Shown: positions 43,702 through 56,415 of the stretch, one piece after another
Position numbering within the stretch: the first letter of the stretch is position 1
Layout: every line of letters starts with the position of its first letter
From: Eledone cirrhosa
Taxonomy: Eukaryota
NCBI GenBank assembly: GCA_964016885.1
Contig: OZ024742.1
Coordinates: 189,844,001 to 189,908,000 of the forward strand
Direction of reading: 5' to 3'
DNA length: 64,000 nt
Translations under genes and position numbers: made by a program
Notes under the pieces: generated by a model
Told to the model about the DNA's origin: nothing
The model's input: the letters and a program-made list of their open reading frames with translations, nothing else
Database searches by the model: none

Positions 43702-44356
43702 ACTATCACTTTACAGTGTGTACTGGGTACATTTAATCGTGACATACAGCTCTATCACTTTACAGTGTGTACTGGGTACATTTAATCGTGACATACAGCT
43801 CTATCACTTTACAGTGTGTACTGGGTACATTTAATCGTGACACCAGCTCTATCACTTTAGAGTGTGTACTGGGTAGAATGTATTGTGACACCAGCTCTAT
43901 CACTTTACAGTGTGTACTGGGTAGAATGTATTGTGACACCAGCTCTATCACTTTATAGTGTGTACTGGGTACATTTAATCGTGACACCAGCTCTATCACT
44001 TTAGAGTGTGTACTGGGTAGAATGTATTGTGACACCAGCTCTATCACTTTACAGTGTGTACTGGGTAGAATGTATTGTGACACCAGCTCTATCACTTTAT
44101 AGTGTGTACTGGGTACATTTAATCGTGACACCAGCTCTATCACTTTAGAGTGTGTACTGGGTAGAATGTATTGTGACACCAGCTCTATCACTTTACAGTG
44201 TGTACTGGGTAGAATGTATTGTGACACCAGCTCTATCACTTTATAGTGTGTACTGGGTACATTTAATCGTGACACCAGCTCTATCACTTTACAGTGTGTA
44301 CTGGGTAGAATGTATTGTGACACCAGCTCTATCACTTTACAGTGTGTACTGGGTAC
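43702..44356. repeat. 48-bp minisatellite, ~13.5 units, with a 144-bp higher-order repeat
   Basis: Unit ctatcacttta(c/g/t)agtgtgtactgggta(catttaatcg|gaatgtattg)tgacaccagct; 16-aa periodicity in ORF 43760..44464. Confidence 0.95.
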
Positions 44357-44659
44357 TGAATCTACAGATGTGATGTCACATTTTCCCATTGAATATACAA
44401 CTGTGATATCCCATGAAATTATTATCATCATCATCATTTTACGAGCAGCTTTCCATTCTAGCATGGGTTGGATGGGTTACCATAGGTATATGAATGTCAG
44501 CTAAAATGTCCATAGGCTGACCATGAAGGAGTAATGTTAGTGCTGTGAAATCTTACATAGATTAATTTCAATTCTTATTAATAACATTCTTTCTTTCTAG
44601 GGACTATATTGAAAAATAAACCTTGTTTGGTCATTCCATGAGAATATCTTGGTTAGCCT

Positions 44660-45065
44660 ATGAATTTTTCAGCTGACCCTGGTAACCAGGTGCAGTCAGT
44701 AAATAACCCAGACTCTGCTGCACTTTGGCTCGAGGAAGTTAAATTCTCCAAATATCAGTCAGTCTCTGACAGGTTTGTGGTCGAGCCAAAGGCAATGGTG
44801 ACCTTGGCCCTAGAGCCACCTCCCTACCTACCACCATTAGCACAGAGTTGGCTACCTGCAGGTGTGATCCTCACGAGCTGGAATGGTTCTTCCAGCACGT
44901 ATCCCTCACCATCCTCCAAGGAAATGCTTTCCCTATTCTGTCCATCAGGGCCATGGGACAGTCAGCACATGAGCTCCCATTTGATCATAAAGTGAGAGAT
45001 GGGGAGAGTGGGAGAGATAGAGATAGTGACAGTGGCAGTTTGGTTCCTTTGTGTTTGGACCTGAT
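44660..45065 (+). mobile_element. Second, more degraded CRE-like RLE fragment
   Basis: Colinear with 50325-50695 (PDSAAL..EEVKFSKY; FFQHVSLTILQGNAFPILS). Confidence 0.75.
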
Positions 45066-45235
45066 GCATATGTATATATTCATTTACAGCACCACATGTT
45101 ACATACATATACAGATCTTAGCCCTCATATATATATAGAGAGAGATAGATTATGGGACATCGAAGTAAAATTAGGTACATTTTTATCTATTTGTTCTTAA
45201 CATTTATAATTTTATATGTATGTATATGTATATAC

Positions 45236-45267
<32 letters not shown>

Positions 45268-45269
<2 letters not shown>

Positions 45270-48157
45270 CATCATCATCATCATCATCACCATTTTACGT
45301 CCGTTCTTCCACGCTAGCATGGGTTAGATGGGTTGTCCTGTTGTCAGCAGTGTCTGGTCGGCTGACCTTGTCTTGCTCATAGAGGAACTGATTCTGGCTT
45401 GATTTCTACAGCTGGATGCCCTTCCTAACACCAACCTCATTTACAGTGAGTGCTGGGTGCTTTTTTTCCGTGGTGCCTACACATGTCCACTTTACAGTGT
45501 GGGCTGGGTACTTTTTTGCCATGGCACCTCCACAACCACTTTGCAGTGGGAGGGTGTGGGGGCATATTGTCTATATGCTTCAGCTTCAGCTTGTACCCAT
45601 GGGAGGTCGGGTACTCTGTATTACTGCGTGACGCCATAGGTCACGGCCGTGTGTCATCACCTTTGAGAGGTGTAATTGGGTAAGGTCGGCTTTTATCACC
45701 TCATCCCAGGTCTTCTTGGGTCTCCCCACTCCGCGGTTTCCATCGATTTCTAGTGCTCTGCACCTTTTTATGCAGCTATCAATCTTCATACGCATCACAT
45801 GTCCATACCAACGCAACCGCCTCTCCTGCACACAGCGTTTGATTCCTCTTATGCTCAGTCTCTCTCTCTCAATTCATTTATACTTTGCCATTTGTGTATA
45901 TTACTATTACACATCCATCTGAGCATGCAGGCTTCGTTTCTTTCTAATCTATGCAAGTCTTCCACATTCAGTGCCCATGTTTCACTACCATGTAACATTG
46001 CTGTTCGTATACACGCATCATACAGCCTGCCTTTCATTTTGAGGGAAAAGCCTTTTGCAGCTAGCAGTGGCAGTAGCTCCCTGAACTTCTTCCATCCCGT
46101 TCTTACCCTAGTTATTGTACTTTCTGAACACCCACCTCTGCTTCTAATTCGGTCACCTAGGTAGCAGAAGCTGTCTACTGTTTCTACAGAGCCCTCCCAG
46201 AGATTGGTGGTACTTGTTTCCTGTGGCTGTTTGTTGCTTGCTGTCCTAGCACAGCTGCTACATGTGAAGCCTACATTCTTAATTAAGCTTCCTGAGATCC
46301 CGCTACATCTCTTGTGTACCCATTGTTTGCATTTGGGGAAGAGAATGGAGTTCCTACCTACACCTTTCCTACATACTGAGCAAGGCCATTTTCCTGAGGA
46401 TATCTGGGTTCTGTTTTCTCGTCTACTTACAAGGACCTTAGTCTTTGTCAGGTTGACTTTGAGACCCTTTCTTTCTAGTCCCTGCTTCCAAGTTTGGAAT
46501 TTCTTCTCTAGTTCTACCATAGATTCAGCTATAAGTGCTAGGTCATCTGTATACAGGAGTTCCCATGGGCATCCGGTCTTAAACTCCTCTGTTATTGCCT
46601 GCAGGACTATGATGAACAGGAGAGGGCTAAGAACAGAGCCCTGGTGGACACCAACCTGTACGCTAAATTCCTCGCTATACTCATTGCTAATCCTAACTTT
46701 GCTGACTGCTTCCCTATACATGGCTTGTACAGCTTTCACAAGCCATTTATCTACTCCTAGTTTTCTAAGAGCCCACCAGATTATAGCACATGGAACTCTG
46801 TCAAAGGCTTTCTCGAGATCGATGAATGCCAGGTAGAGTGGCTTACTTTTAGCTAGGTACTTTTCCTGTAACTGCCTCACAAGGACGAGGGCATCAGTGG
46901 TGCCTCTTCCTGATACAAACCCTAATTGCATCTCATCTAGTTTCACCCGGTCCCTAATCAACTGTGCTATAACTCTTTCTGTTACTTTCATGACCTGGTC
47001 CATCAGCTTTATACCTCTATAGTTTCCTCTATCTAGTGCATCACCTTTACCTTTGTAGCAGTTGACAATGATGCTACTGCACCAATCTTTTGGTATGACA
47101 CCTTCTAGTATTACCTGGTTAACAATACGTGTGGTTATAGTGTGACCTACCGACCCAGATGCCTTCAGCATCTCGGCAGCTATACCTGATGGACCGGTTG
47201 CCTTACCCATCTTCATATCTTTGATTGCCTTACTTACTACGCTGCTGCTGACTTGTACTGCTGGCCCCTCTATAGGGTCTACTTGGGGTAGGGTCTCTTC
47301 TTCCCATGCATTCTCCTCATTTAGTAACCTATCATAATGGCTCTTCCAACATCTTTCTTCTCAGCACTTGTGAGGGAAAGCTCACCTTCATCATTCCAGA
47401 TACACTTCTCTCCAATGAAATCACAATTCTCTCTGAGACACTGCCTCGTAATCTTGAACACCTCCTGTTTCTGGTCCTCACGTTGCAACACATGCTTGAA
47501 TTTTCTATCCTCTGCTTCCCTCCTAGCTAAGTATACTTGTCACCTAGCCTCCCTCCTAGTCTCTATGTAATGTACCCTGATTCCCCCATTCTTCCATTCT
47601 TTCCATGCCTGTCTCTAGGCCTTAACTGCCTCATCTATCTTATTGTTCCACCACCAAGTCACTCTCCTCCTGCCTGTGGCCTTACTCCACCCACAGATCT
47701 CATCCGTCGCCTCTAGTAAGTTATTTTTTAGGAACCCCCAGTGCTCTTCTACATTGAATGTCACTATCTGTTCTTCTTTACTGTCGTAGTCGTTGAGTAA
47801 AATATCTTTAAATCTGTTACTGGCTGAGGGGTTTTCAGCTTCCAGATCTTTCTTCTCCAGGTTGGCCTCTGTTTCCAGGTTCATCTAGTTCTGACCGTGA
47901 GGTCGCTGACAACTAAGCTATGTTGGGAGGTACATTCCTCACTAGGGAAGGCTTTTGTGTTTACGACCGTCCATCAGTCACGTCCTCTGATGAGGATAAA
48001 ATCTATCTGACTAGAATGCTCCCAGGTGGTTGTCGGGTTTTTTGAAGTTTGTGTTACATATCGACATGTCATTGGCGTCGCAGAATTCTAGAAGCCTGAA
48101 TCCTTCTTCATTTCTTGTGCCAACCCCAAGACCTCCATGGACTCTATTGAAGCCGTC
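45268..48157 (-). mobile_element. RTE LINE, same family as 56416-59324, degraded (YTDD, frameshifts, stops, small deletion)
   Basis: ORF pieces 45586-45831, 45855-47216, 47615-47884, 48011-48157 are colinear with the intact copy; same 3' UTR and tail. Confidence 0.95.
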
Positions 48158-48189
<32 letters not shown>

Positions 48190-48743
48190 AAAGGTAAACT
48201 AACAACATAATCGGTACAGTATATGGAAGGGATATATTAGGTTAACACTATATATATATATATATATATACAGTTAGGGAAGCAGAAAATTGCTTTTTGT
48301 GATCCAGTTCATTGTTAAGAAAGCCAGTTTCATGGATGGTTTCAACGTACGGTTAGGGGTAACTCCATATGTTTGTAAGAATTCCATTCAATCTTGGAGT
48401 ATAAAATATAATGCTTACCTGTGTTTTCTCTTTTATACTATATATATATACAAATTTTAGTACAGCATTAACGAAGCTTTAGTTTGCAGCCAAGCTAACG
48501 AATGCAAATTCGGTATGTAGATTTAACACTCGAATGGGAATAGTACCCCAGAGTAATAACAATACGTTTAGATAGATTAGCAAATCAAATATAGCGATCG
48601 GCAGTCCAGCCGAATTATCACAGCAACGAAAATACAGGACTCAGGAAAAAATTTTAGACTGACCTGGACAGAACGCTGGGACCAAATGCAATATATAATG
48701 CATATCGTATAGCACACGATATATCTATATATGTATATATATA

Positions 48744-48965
48744 TCATCATCATCATCATCATCATCACCGTTTAACGTCCGTGTTCCACGCTTGCATGGG
48801 TTTGGACGGGGGTAGTCCCACTTGAGGCAAGAGTGATTGTCTTGCTCGCATAGGACTGTCTGGCAGGTTTTCTACAGTTGGATGCCCTTCCTAACACCAA
48901 CCACATTTACAGTGTGGGTCTGGGAGGTTTTTACCGTGTTGCCTACACGGCCACATTACAGCGTG

Positions 48966-48968
<3 letters not shown>
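48744..48968 (-). mobile_element. RTE 3'-UTR fragment
   Basis: Near-identical reverse complement of 52219-52436. Confidence 0.85.
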
Positions 48969-49045
<77 letters not shown>

Positions 49046-49048
49046 CTA

Positions 49049-49136
<88 letters not shown>

Positions 49137-49677
49137 ATATATATATGAAGCTTTCAGCCAGCCATCACAAGTTAATACTTATTGGAACTAATGTCCTCAT
49201 TACTAAATGTGTTCCATTTTAGCATGGTTTCTATGACTGAACAACTTTCCTAATGCCAACCTCTTTATAGGGTGTACTTGGCACCATTTTTCACAGTAAC
49301 AATACTAAGAAGGGTCTGGGTGTAAATGAAGAATCCTGTCAACCCTATATTGGCATTGTTTATATGGCTAGATGCCCTTTCTAACAGCATGTTACTACAA
49401 TTCCAATGCTAACCATTGTATAGAGAGTATCAACTACATTTTCTCATAGCAGCAACACTAGAGAGGTCAGCTTGTTCCAAGGTAAACAGAAATCGAATAA
49501 CATTTCAAAATCTGTCAATAAAAATGTCTTTATGGTGAGAAAGTCAGTTAATCATTACTGGTTTCCTTTCGGACAGATTGTTAATGGTTCAAAACTGTTA
49601 AGTGTAATAACACTAAAAATGAAATATGACTATTAACAAATACTTATCTCTGAACAAAAGTATTTTTCTTTCTCTCT

Positions 49678-49717
<40 letters not shown>

Positions 49718-49828
49718 TAATTTAATATATCTACTAACATAAGCGCACAGATGTACGCTAATGCCAGCAAATACACAGGTTATGTCATAGTACCTAGGTG
49801 GTTCAATGCAGGAGAATGCAGAACAATA

Positions 49829-50072
49829 ATATATAAGACGTAAAATAAGAAAATTTCTTTAAAAAAAATTTTTTTTTAAATTAACTTACTTACTTAAATT
49901 TTCACTCCAACTAATTAGTTTCTGCAATGGGATAAAGACAGTTACGTAATGAACTGTTGAGAATTTCATTGCGTCATCTAGTTATCTAGTTGGAGTGAAA
50001 ATTTAAGTAAGTAAGTTAATTTTTTTTTTTTTTTTTTTTTTAAGAAATTTTCATATTTTACGTCTTATATAT
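49829..50072. repeat. Inverted repeat: ~85-bp arms, ~73-nt spacer
   Basis: aattaacttacttacttaaattttcactccaacta / tagttggagtgaaaatttaagtaagtaagttaatt. Confidence 0.9.
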
Positions 50073-50231
50073 ATATATATATATATATATCATCATTTCT
50101 CATCCTAGCATGGGTTGGATGGCCCATTACAGACCAATTCAGTACTTAGACAGAGCTATTATCCTCCAAAGTAGCTAGGAGCCACATCTTTCTTACATAG
50201 GTTCTAGTTTCTACAGCTGGGAGCTCTTCTA

Positions 50232-50750
50232 AGGCCAGACAATATGACCCTATTCCCATTCCGTGGTGGTAAACCCCTCGTCTGGGATGCCACTTGCAGC
50301 GACACATTCTCCAGCAGCAACTGATGCAGTCTGTGACTAAACCAGATTCTGCTGCACTTCGAGCTGAGGAGAGTAAACTTTCCAAGTATTGATTGCTCTC
50401 TGACAGGTTTGCAGTCGAGCCTCTAGCAGTGGAAACTTCTGGTGTCCTTGGCCCTAGGGCTACCTCCCTACTTACCACCACAGGCGCTGAGCTGGCTAAC
50501 CTCAGTTGTGAGCCTCGCGAGATGGAATGGCTCTTCCAGCGCATCTCCCTTACCATCCTCCAGGGAAATGCCTTCTCCATTCTGTCTGCTGGGGTCCCAT
50601 TTGCTCATAAAAGAGAGAGATGAGAAGGGCGAGAGAGATGGAGGCAATGACAGTGGGAGTTCAACCCTTATGTGCTCGAACCTGGTGTGCAGTATCAGTT
50701 GTCCGTAAGAAGGTAGTGATTCACCTTTCAATGATGTCTTATATCTGATC
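50232..50750 (+). mobile_element. 3' fragment of a CRE-like non-LTR retrotransposon (restriction-like endonuclease domain)
   Basis: [25 protein letters not shown]...AEESKLSKY...PLAVETSG...LFQRISLTILQGNAFSIL with a frameshift and a stop. Confidence 0.8.
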
Positions 50751-51284
50751 ACTCTGCCCTCATTTATTTTTCTATTTTCTCTTCTTTCTTTTCTCTTCTT
50801 TTTCCTCCCCCACTTCTCCTATCCACAATATATGAATTAAGGATGCCAAACCCTTTACAGACTGTGCTGAGTGCATTTTATCATAGTACCAACACTAGTG
50901 AGGTTTTCCTGTTCTTGATTTTTCTAAAGTTTCCTGTCAACACTTTTTGGTATAGTTTTCATGATGTTTCTAGTGTTTTAAATCAATTTAATTTTTCTTC
51001 CTATTTCTATAATTTGAGATTCCACATGGTTAAATACATGCTGCAAACCAAAGTTGATAACTGTCATCACACTGAATGAAATATTCAGATTTCTAAACAT
51101 CTTTTACCATATTTCTAATCATAGACACTGCCTATAGTTTTCAAAACATTTGAAAAACTATTCGAGAATTTGAAAGGAATTAGTAGTATAGATAAGTTTG
51201 GAATTATTAAACTTGTGTTTTGAACATACCTTAACAAAGAGTCTCAGATAAAATTATGATGGAAGGTTTATATATATTAGATTT

Positions 51285-52436
51285 TACATGTGGCCGGTGC
51301 TCTGGTGCAATAAGTAGCAGCAAGTGCCCACAAAAATACTAGCTCTTTCAATTGCGCAGAGGGTTCTATAGAGATAGTGGACAACTTCCGTTACCTGGGC
51401 GACAAAATCAGCAGTGGGGGAGGGTGCTCTGAAAGTACAATAGCTAGAGTCAGAACTGGTTGGAAAAAGTTCAGAGAGCTTATACCACTATTAGCCGCTA
51501 AAGGGTTCTCTCTAAGAATGAAAGGCAGATTGTATGATGCCTGCATACGAACAGCAATGTTGCATGGCAGTGAGACCTGGGCTTTGTGTGCAGAGGATAT
51601 ACGCAGACTAGAGAGGAACGAAGCTTGCATGCTCCGCTGGATGTGTAATAGTAACATACGTGAACGGCAAAGCATAAGCGAACTAAGGAAAAAATTAGAA
51701 ATAAGAGGGATCAGATGTTGTTTACTCGAGAGAAGGCTACGTTGGTATGGTCACGTGATGCGCATGAAAGACGACAGCTGTATAACAAAGTACAGGGCAA
51801 TAAAGATAGACAGTAGCTACGGAGTAGGCAGACCCAGAAAAACCTGGGAGGAGCTGATAAATTCTGACCTCACACACTTACACCTCTCCGAGACAATGTC
51901 ACTGGACCGAGACCTTTGGCGGTACTCAGTAATAGAGAAGACCCGCCTTACCTAAATACAAAGTAAAACCTACAACAGCCAGTAGGCATCTCTAACAAAA
52001 TACACCCCCGTCCCACCACCCCCACCCCATCCACACCGCCCCTTCAATGTAAAGTTATGTTGGTGCCACAACATCCAGGCCGAAACAAATGAGATCGTGT
52101 AGACACAGTCCACGCTGTAATGTGGCCGTGTAGGCAACACGGTAAAAACCTCCCAGCTCCACACTGTAAATGTGGTTGGTGTTAGGAAGGGCATCCAGCT
52201 GTAGAAAACCTGCCAGACAGTCCACACTGTAATGTGGCCGTGTAGGCAACACGGTAAAAACCTCCCAGCCCCACACTGTAAATGTGGTTGGTGTTAGGAA
52301 GGGCATCCAGCTGTAGAAAACTTGCCAGATAGTCCTATTCGAGCAAGACAATCACTCTTGCCTCAAGTGGGAAAACCCCCGTCCAAACCCATGCAAGCGT
52401 GGAACACGGACGTTAAGCGTTGATGATGATGATGAT
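51285..52436 (+). mobile_element. RTE LINE 3' fragment (sister subfamily), with a 112-bp duplication in the 3' UTR and (TGA)n tail
   Basis: ORF 51377..51955 (FRYLG...RRLRWYGHV...GRPRKTW); repeat units start 52105 and 52217. Confidence 0.92.
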
Positions 52437-52456
52437 ATATATATATATATATACAT

Positions 52457-52664
52457 TTAACCCTTTAGTATTCACAGTTTTTTCTATTGTATTCACAGAA
52501 AAGGTTTTACCTTACATAATATCGAATCTATGAGATTTTGATATTATTTATTTTGAGAACAATACCTTAAAGTCAGTAATGAGAGGCCAGTTATGGCTGG
52601 TTTGAACAGAAAGAGGTGAGAGAATTCTGGTCGGATATAGCCAGTTTAAATGCTAATGAGTTAA
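52457..52664 (+). mobile_element. piggyBac-like MITE family 2
   Basis: TTAA-CCCTTTAG...CTAATGAG-TTAA; shares aatctatgagattttg and gtttgaacagaa. Confidence 0.72.
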
Positions 52665-53018
52665 AGCAAACCATTTTGTGTTGTAGAACTAGTGGCAGTT
52701 TCAGGTGGTTTAGAATCAAAAGAGTTAAATAAGTGAATAAACTTTATATTTCTAGAAACTTAAAGAATTAATCAGCAGGAACTCTAAAACACCAGGTCCT
52801 ACAATTGATGTCCTCCTTCATTATGTCAATATGGTCTTAATCTAAAGTTGTCAGGCTAGATTTCAAGCATGAAAAATCAATCTGTTTAAACTCCTAGGCT
52901 ATTTATTGATTATAACTTATCTAACTAAATTCCTTTGATTGGCAGCTTTCTTACAGCCTACCAGTCTTAGTATGTATAAATGAGGGTCATCGTTTCTGAC
53001 CTAACAAACCTAATAGTT

Positions 53019-53260
53019 CTGGTTCAAACACATGCTATCTCATACCTCTCCTTTGGTTACAAAAATGTTCTGTATATCTCCTGGTTCACAGACATGCCAT
53101 CTCACACTTCTCCTTTGGTTACTACAATGGTCTCTATATCTACTGGTTCACAGACATGTTGTCTTCCTCTCCCTCTTTTACTGTTACAACACTAGTTTTT
53201 ACTCCTCTTGGTCCACAGACATACTGTCTCTTCCATCCCCTACTGATACTACAGCTGTAT
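53019..53260. repeat. 62-bp tandem repeat, ~4 progressively diverged units
   Basis: ctggttca(c/a)a.acatg at 53019, 53081, 53143, ~53208. Confidence 0.75.
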
Positions 53261-54181
53261 GAACCCTCTTCTATTGTTACTGCAATGAACTTTAATCCTT
53301 AGTGCTAGCTGAATCCATGCCACCTTTCCTCAGGCACCTCTGATTCACTCATCTTTCTCCTTCTTATCACCCATGTTATGTCCAAACCCAAGTCTTGCAC
53401 TAACCATTATACCCTGGTCATGTATTTCTCAAAGGAGTGGACATCTGTGATGTCATTGATGTAAATCTACAAGGACCTTTCCCTTAGACGAAAATGATCT
53501 GAATAGGAAGGATTTTCATACATAAGCAATTGTTGGTCTCCCACAAAAATCTTTGCCCAGACATGTATCTTGGACAGGAACCTACCAGATGCAAATGCAT
53601 GGTGAGATATGACTGAAAGGCATCTTTTAAAAATCATCAACGCCCTTATTATTATCATTATTATTATATTATTATTATTATGCAGTCATCAACTAAGAAA
53701 CATTGATAATTGACATAATGCTGATCTTCACCATCACCAGTCAATTTTCGCATCTGCAATCTTTTATATTAGTTCAGATTTCATTAAATATACATTTTCA
53801 CTTCCTGCCATCATCACATCTTGTTGCCAAAGCAATAGACTATGATGTAGTTATATAATAAATGGTGTTATTCTGTTGTGATGCATACTTGTGCAGCTGT
53901 AAGCAGCTGCAGCTGTGCTAATGCAGCAAATTTATTTTGTCACTGTTTCACAGATGAATGTATTATAATTTGTCAGATAGGCAGAGTTATAGAGAATCCT
54001 GATGCTTGTCTAGATGGTAAGGTTTCCTCCAGTCTTTCAGTTAAGATTATAAATATCAATATCTGAATTGACAATACTGGTGGATTATTGAACTAGGTCA
54101 TACCCTTTCAATACTATACTCCTAATGATAAACAGTCTATGATTTTCAAATAATTTTGAAAAGAATTAGTAATTTAGCTAA

Positions 54182-54264
<83 letters not shown>

Positions 54265-54265
54265 A
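54182..54265. repeat. (TC)n microsatellite interrupting a MITE
   Basis: Direct inspection. Confidence 0.95.
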
Positions 54266-54345
54266 TTAAGTTGGTGTTTGGAATGTAACTTAACAAAGGT
54301 TTTTACATAACATCATATACCATTTAACTATTTAATATAAACCAT

Positions 54346-54585
54346 TTAACCCTTTCATTACCATATTTCTAATAAGGCACTAGCTATAATTTTCAATTCA
54401 TTTTTTTAATAATTTTTTTTAATTGGTGGGATTTAGTAATAAAACTAGCTTTCTCATTATTGAGTTGTTGTTTGAAACGTAAAATTAACAATTATTTTTA
54501 CATAATATTATGATGGAAGATTTTAGGTAAATATAAACACTTTAAAATAAATAGTTTTGGGTTGTTTTTTTTTGTATCAGGCTGA
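54346..54585 (+). mobile_element. piggyBac-like MITE family 1 copy (others at 54100-54310, 51095-51280)
   Basis: ttaaccctttcattaccatatttctaat start matches 11218. Confidence 0.6.
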
Positions 54586-55409
54586 CAATATATGTAAGAT
54601 GTTGTCCATCATGCTTTCCCATTCGGGGCTGTGAATCCCACAGGACCAGCTTTGAGACTACTTCTTCTGTACACAATGTCCTGATAGATACAGTTGACAA
54701 CAATCTCTAATCTTCTCACATTTGATGAGGTTTTGATACAGGCATTTGTTTATTATGTGGTGCTGCCACTTCAGAACTTGAGCCACATGCAGAGTCAATG
54801 TGCAGTAGGCATGTTATAATGGTGAGACGCACCTGTTTTGCATATCTGTATGAAACGAGGGTAAAACCCAAGGTATTCGCCTAGCGTAATTCTGAAGTAC
54901 CAACGAGAGACTACAACGAGATTCCGTACACACAGTTCACTTCAGTTCTTATTTATAGAGTTTCGCCTAGTCCACTTTTAGTTATGCGGAGTGTACAAGT
55001 TTTTATCCCCACAACAAGACATCAAAACTATTTTCTAAATTTCGTTAATGTTCAAATTTCACTGCCATACAACAACACTAATTCAGTCAGCAGTGGCTAG
55101 AAATAACTTAATCTTTGCTTCACTTGGCAGTCTTGACTTCCAGATTTTCTACAGATTTTCCAGCTTTACTAATTTTTATATGTGTATGTTTGTGTGTGTG
55201 TGTATATATATATCATTTCATTTTACGTCCACTTTTCCCTGCTTGCAAGGGTAGGACGGGAACTGATGCTGGCTTGATTTCTACAGCTGGATGCCCTTCC
55301 TATATATATATATATTAATAATAATATATGAAGACCAAAAGCTGAAGAGGGCTCAATAAGGATTGTATATATATATATATATATACTTTATATATATATA
55401 TATATATAT

Positions 55410-55747
55410 ATCATCATCATCATTTCATTTCCGCTTTTTCCCTGCTTGCAAGGGTAGGACGGGAACTGATGCTGGCTTGATTTCTACAGCTGGATGCCCT
55501 TCCTAACACCAACCTCATTTACAGTGAGTGCTGGGTGCTTTTTTTGCCGTGGCACCTCCACGACCACTTTACAGTGGAATGATAAGGACCTCAGTCCCTA
55601 TCATCTCATTTCTACAGCTGAGTAAACTGGAGCAATGTGAAATAAAGTGTCTTGCTCAAGGAAACAACACATCACCCGGTCTGGGAATTGAACTCACAAC
55701 CTTTCGATTGCAAGGCCAATGCTCTAACCACTAAGCCATGTGCCTCC
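55410..55747 (-). mobile_element. SINE family B, full length (plus a tail-only fragment at 55212-55300)
   Basis: Near-identical to the other B copies. Confidence 0.92.
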
Positions 55748-56415
55748 ATCATATATATATAAAGTATATATATATATATATACGGGGTAACAAATAATAG
55801 TTATATGCAGTCCACTTAGGTGTAGTCCAGTTATGGTACTCCGGGTAGTGGATGATATCAACACTTGGCTAAGTTTGACTCAACAAGGCGTTTCCATAGT
55901 GATGCTGCGAGTACGCTGTGATTCCTATGTTGTAAAAATTTGGAGTAATAATAAATCAGGAAAGAAGAGTGACACAGTTTGCTATACACACTCACTCACT
56001 CACTGTTTCTCCCCTTCTCACTTCACCCCGTTCGCGACGAATACAATTTCCTTCTTTCTTACATTTGGATTCATCTCGAAAGGTCTTTTTTCATACGCGC
56101 TCATATATTTACCCAGCTTAAGCTGACAGAATAACTATGTAGCTTGTACCCTTCCTATCTACGGTTAGCTTTCCTCTTTGTTGTTTACTTGTCTCACTCG
56201 CTTTACGCGTTTTAATTGTCCTAATAACTTAATTTAGTTATTATTACACCAACGTGAGGTATATGATTTTTAATGCAATGAAATATCTAGGATCGTTGGC
56301 AAATCACTGATGAGGGACTCATTTTATAACATGTTATCCATGTGCAACCTGCAGTATTCTTCTCCCCATTTTTTCATATATATAGTATACATATATATAT
56401 TAGTATATATAGTAT

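Noticed and set aside
43702-44356. CRISPR-like array or 234-aa repeat protein
   Set aside because: No unique spacers or cas genes; the open frame follows from a 48-bp unit
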